A stretch of 64,000 nt of DNA from Raillietiella orientalis (lineage: Eukaryota). The notes below the pieces were generated by a model. It was given only the letters and a program-made list of their open reading frames with translations. It was not told the DNA's origin and did no database searches. Below are positions 11,921 through 23,300 of this stretch, in pieces. The translations under genes and the position numbers were made by a program. The DNA lies in NCBI GenBank assembly GCA_036172245.1, contig JAYWIR010000055.1:496001-560000 (forward strand), in the 5' to 3' direction. The first letter of the stretch is position 1. The number at the start of each line of letters is the position of its first letter.

Positions 11921-14316
11921 GCCGCTTTGCAGGGATGGCATCCTTCCCCGTTCCCCGCTGGCCAAAGAACCGCGGTAGCGACTTCTTGCTGGCGCCGCTA
12001 CCGACCTTGACAGCGGAGAGGCACCTGTAAGCGCGCCGACGGCCATCCTCCCGTTGGCATGGTTGCCGCGGGATGGATGACCAGCCACAGAGGGCAGAGT
12101 GCCGAAGAACATGACAGGGCGCGCCCGCGGGCGACAGACCGCCGGCCGTCGTGGCCGCGACTTGTGCCGGAAAGGGAGGGACGCCTTTCGCGCTTCCTGG
12201 ATGCGGCAGTTGTTCTTCCGCCGTTTCCCTTCCCGCCCCAGGAGCCCCACTCCCTCTTTCGGATGTGCGCCCACGGGGAACGGGGTGTCCAAACAGAGAT
12301 GGCTTTTAACAAGGGACTGCCCCTTACATGAGATTGTCCTACGCTTTGCTATACTTGGAAAGTTTTCTGTATTTATTTTCCTACAGCTCACAGCAACACT
12401 CGATAAATCGAATCACTTGAATAGAATATTTATTAAGCATTCTTTTTCTAAAGCAATGGAACGAATCCTTTGTAGAAAATATTTGAATCGCATGAAATGG
12501 TTGGTTTACCGACGACGACGCCATTTGTCGCTGCGGAGAACCTTCAGCTCCAAAGCTTTCCCCGGGTGTGTTGCAGTCAAACACCTTTGTGTTCGCGTCA
12601 TTTTGGGAAAGCATAACAGTCGTGGAATGAATCTGACAGCATGTTGCCCACCAAGCATCACGCGTACTGGCAGCACTGGAAAATGCACAAACGGAAGCTC
12701 CCCTAGCAACGGTTGCAAACGGCGCGCGGCGCGCCGACCCTATCTGCTGCCTGGCCCCGCGGTCAACTGTCCCCGCGCTAACCTTTGTGAGCTTTTTATT
12801 AATACGCAGACACCGTGACTGCTTCGTTTTCCACACGAGCCGACACGGCAGTGCTGCAGTGCACGATGCAAGCAAAACGTTCCCATCCTCCATCCTTCGG
12901 GAATTTCCGCGTCTTTCCCAGGTTCGTGCCCGATCCGGGGAGCAACACCTTTCAGGAACGACACATTCCCTGCTGCATCCGATCCCGGAAGTGAATCTGA
13001 TCGCTCGGACTCCAGAAAGGTTGCTGTGATCAAAAGCAGGTTACTCGGAAAGATAGAGAGAGGGGGGGGGGGAACGGAAGGAAGGGGGGGGGGATTTCCC
13101 TGATGTGCCTAACGGGTTGGGGAGTAAGCATGGGGCTGGGCGGTTTAGATGCGTTTTCTTGGACGGTCGAGTCTTTCAATCCGTGAATGCTCTTATGTTC
13201 CGTCCTTCATCCCGACAAACAGTTTTCCTCCCCAATGCGATCCCCTCCCCCCCCCCCCTTCCCTTCCCCAGACATTGCCCGATGGCTCCTTCAGGGAAAA
13301 CCTGCTCGGCTTCCGAAAGTCTGCACAGTTGTACCGTACAAGGGCATCGTCTCATTGCGCCGTGGGGAATGGATAGGAACGTCTGACCCGACCTCTTCCG
13401 ACGGAATGAAACCGAGGCCGAGCAAGGGCCAGGGACGAGCAAGGAGATGGCACTCTCCAAGCAGAATGCACCCACCCACGCACGGCCCATAAAGGTCCCC
13501 TTGGGGCAGCATTCAGGGCTTACTCTTGCAGTGCCTTCCTTCCAGTGCAGGTGCATTTCGAGTCGCGATGCATTCGCTCCCCCAGTTCTTGCTAAAGTTG
13601 ACCTTTCTGCTGAGGCACCTCAAATGCAGGTACGCGGACCGGGGTTGAATGTGAGCTTTGGGGTCGGATGTTTCGCGCGCACCCCGGAGGTCGTGACTCC
13701 CTTTGTTCTTTGAGTAATCGCGAAAGATTTCCCCTCTCCAGGACGGATTTGCAGGCGTCGATCAAGCGCGAGTGAACTGCGCGGTGTCGCGAAGGGGTGG
13801 CCTGCGGGACGCCTCAGGCACGAACGGGGGTGGATGGATGGTTCGAGCTCGGACAAACGGCGTGCTCCCGTCCGGTCGCTTTTGGGTCCGCGGGCGGAAG
13901 TGGAAATCCCAAGCCTTCATAAAGAGGGACTCCTTACTGGCCGATTGCTTGCCCGTGCCCAGCTTTCGGTTTCGTGGAGGGGTGACTTCCCCTCCGACGG
14001 GGGGGGGGGGGGGGGGAATTCGCCTCAGTTCCCGAAAGGAGCGCTGCCCCCGTATCGCGGCAACGGGTCGTCGTCGAGCCCCGTCGCCCTGCGCCTGCTC
14101 CCCAAGCGAAAGTGCTTTCGCAAGGTGACGGAAGGGTCGTCCGTCGTCACGCAGACGTCCTTCCGGTGAGCCGAGCTCTCTCAAACGGTGACTGCGAGGG
14201 GGAGGGAGCGCCTTGGTCGTAAGCGCTCGCTCGTCGCCTGGCGACCGACGAAAGCGAAAGCGCGAACCGCGGGCGGGGAAGGCTAGGTCGCGGTGGAAAC
14301 GTCCCACCTTTTCCAG

Positions 14317-15787
14317 AATCCTCGGTCCGGATGCGGGCCTCCAGTTGCTCCGGCCTCTCGGGAGGCTGGAAAACTGCTTCCTATCCCTCTACGAAGAGAA
14401 CAGAACGGCCACGACCGTGTACAGCTTTCACGTGAAGAGCTCGAGGGAGCTGTTGGACGCCCACGTCACCGCCAGCCTGGAGATTCTGCAAAAGTAAGAG
14501 AGCCCCCTTACCGGGTGCAAGGTGTTGACCCGCGGAGGAACAAGGAAGCTGCAGCACCTGCGTCTGTGCATCGCGTACCGGTTCGGGGTGGCGCACTTCC
14601 GGGAGATGAGCAAGCCCGCCTTCGACTACAAGAGGGTCCCCACCACGGACTGGAGGCGGTTGCACGAGGACCTCCTGCAGAAGGAATACTGCGTCGAAGA
14701 AGGACCGCTGTGGTGCTGCAGGCTGGTGCGCCTCCTGGCGCCGACGTCGGCCGACGCGCTCCTCGGCCCGGCGTCCACGTTCCGCCACGCGTACGTCATC
14801 CTGTTCTCCTTCATGCACGTGATAACCGACGGGGAGACGAACATGAGGATGTGCGGGCACTTCCTGCGCATCCTGGACGGCGTGGCGAGCGGCAGGGAGG
14901 TGCGCGAGGAGCCGATTCAGATCACGAAGAGCGTGGACGACCTGCTGCCGCGAGCCCACAGCAGGTGGAAGCTGTCCGACGCCTTCCTCCTCTTCTCCAA
15001 AGCCGTCGCCATGATATTCCCGAGGAGGAACTTGTTCGTCAGGGCCCACGGCATGAATCCCAACCCGGAGACGAGGACCCGCTCCGTGCACCTGGAGCTG
15101 AGCCAGGAGGAAACGAAAGGCTTCCTCGACAGGTGCAAGCAGGAAAAGTGCACGGCGAACTGCGCCTTCACCATGGCGGGTTTCCTAGGCATCCAGGAGA
15201 TGTGCGGTTCCAAGCTGCCGCAGTCGCGGTACTGGTACAACATCGGGCACGCGGTGAACTTCCGCAAGTACATGGAGGAACAGGCGGAAGACACGTACGG
15301 CATGTACATCATGCTCATGCCCCACCAGTTCGAGTACCGCGACGACCTCCGCGAACGGTTCTGGTTCTACGCCAGGCAGTACACGGACTCCCTCCACTCC
15401 GACCTTCGGAGCGGCGCGGTGTTCGCCTGGAAACGCGTCCTCGGCTTCCTCATGAAGTTCACCAGGATCTACGTCCTCCTGAAGAGGCACTCGAACAGCT
15501 GCCTCTACGAGTTCGCGACAACGAACATGGGGGTCGTCGATCGTTTCGTGGACTGCGAAGGAGCCCCCAGGGAATGCGTTGACCTCACCGGCATAAACCG
15601 ATCCACTTCTTTCCACTGCCTCGACATGACGTTCGACCACAACGTGCAGACGTATCGAGGCAGACTGTTCTACGACCTCGACTACTTCACCAACTACGTC
15701 AGCGGGGAGAAGGCCAGAGAATACGCCCACGCGGTGCTGGGCGTGATCAGAGCCATGTCCGGAAGTGCACGCTCGGAACTCGAATGA
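14317..15787 (+). CDS. Paralogous condensation/alcohol-acetyltransferase-like acyltransferase; join(<14317..14493,14545..15787), start exon unresolved
   Basis: Colinear with the 8523-10001 protein (RPLGRLE, TTVYSFHV, EEGPLWCCRL, MHVITDG, CKQEKCTANCA, IGHAVNFRK, ATTNMG, FDHNVQTYRGRLFYDLDYFT). A 51-nt intron (14494-14544) sits at the identical position and phase. No in-frame ATG in the first visible exon. Confidence 0.85.
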
Positions 15788-17329
15788 CTGCCGGCCAGGA
15801 AGGCAGGGGGAGGGCATCATCATCGAAGAAAGTCAGTGCCGAAACCGACCGTTTCAAAAAAGTGATTCACGTTAAGGGTGTCGAATTGGGTCCATGCTGT
15901 GCGGCAATAAAATCACTTCTTGCAGTGGTCCTCCAAAGGCGCCTGAAGAGGATGCTGTCGATATTCGAAGCGCAAAAAAAAAAGAAACGAGGAGACTCGT
16001 CGTGACCTCTGGTCAACGCGAAGCAGGCTTTTTAGGCGTTGGAGTCCCCTACCTGCGTGGCACGTAAACACCGAAACCTAAGCTGACAGCAGCGTTCTGT
16101 CCCTCAAGGCGCGAACCTCTGACCTCTGCAAGCAGCAAAATGCCATCCGAAGAGCACCTGCGCCTCCTGCAGACACGGGGCTTCCCCGGAGCAGCCTGCA
16201 GAGGGACATGCCTGGGAAAATCTGAGGGATGCAATTTCCTGACACCCCCAGTAGCAAGACGATTGATGATGATGATTCCATAAGGCAGCGCTTCCCAAAC
16301 TTCTCCGCAACGCTTCCCAAATCCGGAAATTCCAATTTCTCGGTTATCGTGAAGGGTAGGCGGTCAGTAAGAATCCACACACAGTCAGCAAGTGCGTATA
16401 AGAGTGACGAAAGCAGAACACAAACATTTATTCTCCAATTTTAATTGTGTAGAACGAAGCACACGAGAACAGCGACATAAATGACGAGTAAAATGGCGCT
16501 CTTAATGACTTCGATGGTGGGGTCCTTGAATTACAAATTTCCTTTGATGAGCGCCCGAGTTTCAAACGCGTTTCAACTCGGCGCAGCATTTGAAATACGT
16601 TTTCAGGGAACGCTCATCGGCTTTCCGAGGGACACTGGTGTTGCCGCGGCAACACGGTTCGGGAAGCGCTGCCATGGGGAATGATTCCACGAGGGGTTCG
16701 TCGCTCACCCGTCCGTCGTCGCACCTCGCCCGTGGCGAAACTTGCACATTCTCAGCTGCGGGCTGCCTCGCAACCATCTCGGTGCTGACCTCGGGGACAA
16801 CGAGACGAGGGCTCCGTTGTCAACGGCAGTGTCAAAGCGGGCCCGCCAGTTGCGGAACAACGGGACGGCAGATTTGCCCCAGACCCCTTCGGAGCCCCTA
16901 ACAATTCCATCTCCGAGGAAGCAGGATGCAACGGAAGGGAATGCGAAGCGCTCCCGCACCTCCTGGAGCCTCTTCCCACCGGGCCGCGACCTGTCTCATT
17001 TTTGAACGTGGTCACATCTCCCACCAGCAATGCAATGCATTCGGACCCAAATCCACACCGCAGTTGCACTACATGACCCATCACAGGACACAGCCTTCGG
17101 GCTTTTGCATCGACAAAGTCGCAAGCAAAGGGGAAGCCTTTAACGCTCTTCAGCCGATCAGCTTCCCCGAATTTCATTCCGTTCCACAATTACATCTTCC
17201 GTTCAGAGCGGCGTTTGCGTTTCCACGTTACTGAAGACAAAGCAGCCAACTGCCAGGCAGGGAACGGGGCTGAATCCAGAAGGAAGGAAGGAAGGACGAG
17301 GATGGAGATCTTGGCGGCGGGAATGCTTG

Positions 17330-17560
17330 AAGGTAACGGAACCGTTGCCCCGATGCAATCCCATGGTCCGCATTGACATCGCTCCCTCCATCACGGGCAT
17401 CGTGATGAGAAGGGCAAGCATGCGGAACAACACCAAAACACGAGTGCCTGAGACGACCATTCTGCAAGAGGGGTACCACAGAGGGGAAATAGGATCAGGA
17501 ACCGCCTGGATATACCGCTCCACCTTGAAGCAGATAGCGGATGTCGCCCGCGGGCGTCAA
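17330..17560 (+). mobile_element. Possible decayed C-terminal fragment of an RTE-type LINE ORF
   Basis: Peptide APSITGIVMRRASMRNNTKTRVPETTILQEG...YRSTLKQ loosely resembles the GHVxRM...RxPxxIL.G...RY.DTLK tail of RTE elements; by-eye only. Confidence 0.25.
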
Positions 17561-19707
17561 ATGACCTCCGGACCTCAGTGAACCCCTCCCAAATGTGACG
17601 AAGATGGAGACACCCGAAAGAACACCCGCGAACGAAGTTTCTGCAAAAAGAAAAAAAGTTGGAACTGTGTAAATGTCGCCAAATAAATTCGCCCCACCGC
17701 TGGTCGGAACTGGGGACGATCCGGAGGGAAAGACCTGAGGGTGGGGGATGGGAGGGGGAGCTTTGTGAACAGGGAAACAATTAAGGGACCGCAAAATCTG
17801 ACAAACCCATCCCGGGGAACTATTTGGTTGCATTTCGAAATCCCCCCAGGGTGACCGAGCGCCGCGTAGGTGGGCTCACGGCAGCATGCGGTCGAAACAA
17901 CAAATCTGAAGCGTCCGAGCAGAGATAGCAACGACTTTGGGAGATTGCAGAATTTTCATTTGTTCACAAAAGCGCACTTTCTTTGGAATGAGAAACTTCT
18001 GAGCGTCCTGCTTTTGCAGAGTGAACTTGCAGCCACCACCACCTTCGCGTCTTACAGCAGGTCGAGAAGAACCGCTGGCGCCAGACACGCGTACTTCTGC
18101 ACGGAACAACACGCGGCGGCCCCTTGCGATGTTTCGGCTTCACCCGCTGGTGCCAAAGGCCTACGGGGGACCGCTGCCCCGTTCCTCGATCTCAAACAGG
18201 ACTACGGTCGACTTGAAAAGCCCCATGGAAGAACCAGTTGGCCTCTGAGGGAAGGGGCGCAGCAAGAGAACGCGGAATCGTCGAACCGGGCACATGACTT
18301 CCCCGTTCCCGTGCAACCCAGGAGAATCGGCACGGTGACCGCCTTACATAAGGCCCGATCTCTCCTGGACCACACTTCTCACGTTTGCTGCTAAAAGAAT
18401 ATGCAGCCACGTTTCCTGTATCTTTGACAACAGCAGCCATCTCAATACACGAGAAAGTAAAACAACAGGAAAAAGGACCAGAGAGACCCATCTTTTCCCC
18501 CAAAAATACAATTTTGAAAGTGCTCTGCAGATGAGATGCAAATTCTGTCCTCTCCCACTGACGTTTGCAATTAGTTGAGGTATCGGCAGCTGGAAAGTGT
18601 GGTTCCAGCAAGACAAGCAGACAGCGGTGCCATCGAGTAAAAAGCAGGGGAACCCTTATACGAACTACTGAACTACCCTTATACCAACAACGTACAAGTA
18701 GTGCGCGTGGTACACGCGAATCAGTCGAATGCTGCGGATGCACCGCCGCAGCCGACTGCAAGCGCGCGACTCGGAAATTCCATCTTTGGGGAGGAGAACG
18801 ACCTCTCCGCGTTGGTACCCACTCTTTTTCACGGGATTTCCTACGAGAAATGCCGGGCCCCAGGTTCGCACGCGTACGAAAATGAAGGGAGGTGCAGATG
18901 CCGCCGCCATCACACGCTGAAATTTCTGGCACTGAGCACCCGCTGGCCCTGGCAGGTGCCCGTAAGAGGCGAACGAGGGCACGGAAAGCGGCCACGCCCC
19001 GGTGCAACTGACTTCTGCCACTCGCTAAAGACCCACTCGGTCTTCTGGAAAGCGTCGCCGGACCATCCTCTGTGGAGCGTGGCACTCACTTACCCGGTAC
19101 CCCCCCTTTTGCAAAACAAAAAACCAAAACCATAAGAGAAAGGGAGTCGGAGGTGAACGTCAGTTTCGTGATTACGCTGGAACGGGATGCGCCCTGGCAC
19201 GTACCACATGGACACCCGCTCGCGACTTTGAGGTCGTGCTGGGTTCGGAAGCATCCCGGACGCACGCCTGCCAGAACGGAAAAAAGTCTTTTGCACGGGC
19301 CTGATCTTTGGGGACGGGAAAGCAGCACGGCTCTCCCCGGAAGTCGACTGGAGCCACTGTCCAATTGGTTCCTGGATGCTGGGTCTCTCGTGATTCACTT
19401 GGTGATGCCATGGCCGCGAATCCCTCATCTCTGGGAGGAAACGGGAACTCCAGAGGAAACTCGGGGAGTGGCGACGAATGCGCCCAGCAGGGATGGCGAC
19501 GGAATCAGCAGCATCCACTTCCGTCACAGTCACGAGAGAAGGCGCGAAAAGAAACGAACGGAAAGCACCGGGTAAAAACACGCGGGCGCACGACGACGGT
19601 GGGAATCCAGCAAAGTCCTTCTGCCTGAGACTGATCTCGAGGTTGCTGGGAGCCGCCGTCCCGGAGGAAAGTTCCCCGGGGAACCTCTTCCTCCTGCGTT
19701 CGCCCAC

Positions 19708-20285
19708 TCACTGGGCGCCACCGTCTTGCGGGAGCTTTGCAGAACAGAAATCTCTTTTTCCTCCGGTCTTGGAGGCGAGCTCGATGTCCCTCAACTTTAT
19801 GTTCAGGGAAACGGATTTGCACATGTCGTAGATGGTCAGGGCTGCCACCGACACGGCGACCAGGCTTTCCATCTCGGCTCCCGTGTTCCCGAGGCACGTC
19901 ACCCGCGACGTGATCCGCACGGAGAACTCCTCCTGAAGCAGGGCGAAGTCGATGTCCACGGAGCCGAGGCGGATGTTGTGGCAGAGGGGGATCAGCCGGC
20001 TTGTATCCTTGGCGGCCAGGATCCCCGCTACCTTGGCCACCGTCAGCACGTCTCCTTTCTTCACGAGGCCCGCCTGCAGCTGGTGGAACGCGTCGCTGCC
20101 AAGGTAGACGAGCCCCGTGGCCGTCGCGCTTCTGGAGGAGGGCGGCTTGCAGGAGACGTCCACCATGCGCGCACCCCCTTGCTCGTCTAGGTGGGACAGC
20201 GAGGTGTGACACGTGGAACGTGGGAAGCGCAGCCGAATTCGGTCCCACGGGCGGAACCTGCTCGCAATGCTCATAGAAAACATAC
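19708..20285 (-). CDS. MOCS1: MOCS1B (MoaC-like cPMP synthase) terminal exon; joins MOCS1A exon 7 in frame to give a 543-aa MOCS1AB product
   Basis: LSHLDEQGGARMVDVS, KKGDVLTVAKVAGILAAKDTSRLIPLCH, TGAEMESL, ALTIYDMCKSV, KTGGK are MoaC signatures. The acceptor ttttgcag at 20286-20293 is phase-compatible with the donor at 20514. Confidence 0.93.
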
Positions 20286-20398
20286 CTGCAAAAGAGCGGT
20301 TTCGCGTTTTATATACCACATGAAAACAAGAAAACAAAAAAAAATTGCGCCAATCAAAAATCAGTCACGCCCAGAAGACATGGGCGTCTTCGTTCGCG

Positions 20399-23300
20399 TT
20401 AGCCGCCGATCAGAATCATGGGCCTGTTTTCCGATGCAAGCAGGTCGGCCACGCCTTGAAGAGAAAAGGGTGCGGGTCACCGGATGGGGGAGGGGGCAAG
20501 GAAAAGCCACCTACCTGGATGTGCGGCCTTCTTACGCAGCAGGGCCGACTGGATTACCGCCATCAAGTCCGCTTCGGGGAGATTCCGCCGCAACGCGTCC
20601 CTTGTTGAGAAAACAGAAGATGTAATGCACGTGTGGGAAAGATGGCGCACCCGAGGTGGAGAGAGAGCATCCGCTTCGCAGTAAAGGCCTTTCGCTCCAG
20701 GCATAGAATCTTTCCGGAAGGATCGGAGAGCGCGACGGCGACTTGCCCTCGTACTTTACGTACGAGGTCGCTCCGGCACGGCAGGGCGGAGACAAAAAAC
20801 TCGAAGGCGGGTGCCGCAAGCTGTCTGTGCAATTAGAATGGCGCCACGACCACGAGGCTTTCTCTGACGACTTCGCTACAGCCGTGACCGTCTCTGTGGC
20901 TCAAGATGACGCCTGGACGATGACCCGGTGGAAGGGGGGCCTGCAGCAAGGGTCACCCCACACACGCACCACGCGAAACGCGGGGTTCGGATTGCTTTGA
21001 CCGAATGCGAAGGGGCTGAGACGCGCGCAAGAGGAGGAAAACGCTACTAAGAGGGGGGGGGGGGGAAGTACCTCAAAGAAACTTCGTTGCTGTCGAAAAG
21101 GCAAACTTTCAGATTGCCGTCTGCTGTGATTCTCAGGCGGTTGCAGCTGCTGCAAAAGTGCTCGCTCATGGACGAAATGAAACCGATCTGTCCGAGGTGA
21201 CCGGGGATTTGGTAATTCTGGGGAGGAAGGGAAAAAAAAAAATTCATTTTCGATGCAAACGTGACCAAGGAGGGCGGAGGGACGACTCACCTTCGCAGTA
21301 TCGCAGGGGGTTCCGACAAGACGGTGGATGTCAGGGTGGTGGCGTCTCACCAAGGCGAGCACTTCCGAGAAACTGACAAAGTTGCGCGATCCCCACCTGT
21401 TACCAGAAAAGGGCATGTACTCAATGAAACGGACGACCAGCGGCCGATCTTTGGTTAAGGAGGCGAAATCTAAAATCTCATCATAGTTTACACTCCGCAT
21501 GACTACGCAATTAACCTACACAAAAAAAAAAGGGGAGAAAAAAAGTGCACCGATTAGTGCGCACTGATCACAAAGCAAGACCACGTTCATTCCAAGCAAT
21601 CACCTGCAGGTTGTTCAGAAAAAAAAAAAAAAAAAAAAAGTCGTTTTGTTTACAAGGGGGGCGCGAACGCAGCGGACATTCGCTTCGCTTCTCGCGCGGG
21701 CGGCTCCCGCAGCACGCGGGGGGTCCACGCTCCGGGCGCCTCGTCTTCCTTCGCACGCACCGCAACGCGTCCAGCAGCCGGCGGCAAAGCTCCGGCTCGG
21801 GAAGAAACAAAGAACCACGAAGAGCACGCGGCGGGAAAGTTCGCCCAGCTCGAGGCTTTCTCGGATCCCGAACACAATCCGGGATCGCTGCAGATGCTGG
21901 GAAGCTGCTTCGCTTATGCGTAACCCTCCCTCCCCAGGAGGAAGGAAGGAATGTCAGGAGCAGGCCGACGGAGGCTTTCCCCACATCCCGACGCAGCTTT
22001 CAAGCTGGCATCACCGAACTCCCTGCTCCTTTTCCCCTTCTGCCTCTGACAACCGTGGCCTGGGAGCCTTCCGCGGTCGAAATCGCTCCTGTCCTACGCA
22101 GTGGAGGGCTTGTCGGCAGCTCCGCTTTCGGGAGCCACCCGCACCGACAGACTTGCCGAGGCGCACATGCACTCCATTCCTGCCAGCGCCAACTGCGGTG
22201 GACAGCTCAACGCCAGAGGCTTTCACGCATCGGACGTCTGTGGTGCCTCCACGGGAAGAAGTCCGTCGACGACTTTCCATTCACTTCCTTTCCCTTTCCT
22301 CCCTCCTGTTTCGAGAACTGCACAGGGGAGCTGCGAAGATCCGTCCGCTTTTCCAGGAGGTCGGTCGACGAACGGCACCGACCTCGCCCATCTCAAAGAC
22401 GTTGGATCTGACGACGACGGTCCGACCCTTCTCGGTCACGAGGCGCACTACGCTCACCCCTGAGGAGCGTCATCGGAACACGCGCTCCGCCAGGCTGTCG
22501 CAGACGCACCCCGAAACACGGCACCCTTTACTTAGTGCATGAGTCGCGGGGGTAAAGGCGCACAGCCTCCGGAACCCCATTAATCTCGTTCGATCATCCG
22601 ACAAAGAACCGTCCGACTTAACGACTTGCTGCTTACCGACTCCCCGGGGTTTCTTCATTTCTTCCGAAATCGCCCAAATCAATCCACCTTTAGCCATCCC
22701 GGAAGCAAGATCGCATCGGCTTTCCACGTGACAAAGGGAGCCACGGTTCCCTGCGCCACCCGGTGCACCCCTACAAACGCACCCCACACCACGGCACGCG
22801 TTTCGGATGTCTCGAAACTTCCGGCACGAGCAGCAGCCCTCTCACCCATCACCCCACTCCCCACGAACTTATGTTTACAGCACCGCTCATGTAACGACCT
22901 ACAAAAGTGAGCGGTAGCTCAGATTAGGCTCGATCTCCACAAGCCCTACGTGCTGCGATTTCCTCCTTGGGAAATTGCAGGAAGAAACCATCTGCGACTC
23001 GAATGCAGTTCGGGGACCCAAAGTCCCCCATAATCACGCGAAACCGAGGCGGAAACTATTCGAACACAAAACGGAGGAGGAGCAGCGCTACTTTAGGACA
23101 ACGAGGGAAAAGGAGCGGGCAGTCCTGCAAGCTAAATAGGAAACATTCCCATAAAGAGTCACCATTTTTGAAAACGGAATGTAACATATTCACAACACAC
23201 GTGCATATTACGGGAGCGTTCTCCCCACCTTCGTCGGCGGGCAAATTCAAGTTTTGAGAAGGAACCGCAAGGAATTCGGCCAACCTCAAGCGGCAGGGCG

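Noticed and set aside
8532..15823. Antisense and alternate-frame ORFs over the acyltransferase genes (e.g. 14293..15582, 14381..15091, 9287..10042)
   Set aside because: Shadows of high-GC3 coding sequence
19708..21515. Bacterial moaA-moaC operon or contamination
   Set aside because: Interrupted by spliceosomal GT-AG introns and colinear with eukaryotic MOCS1 structure
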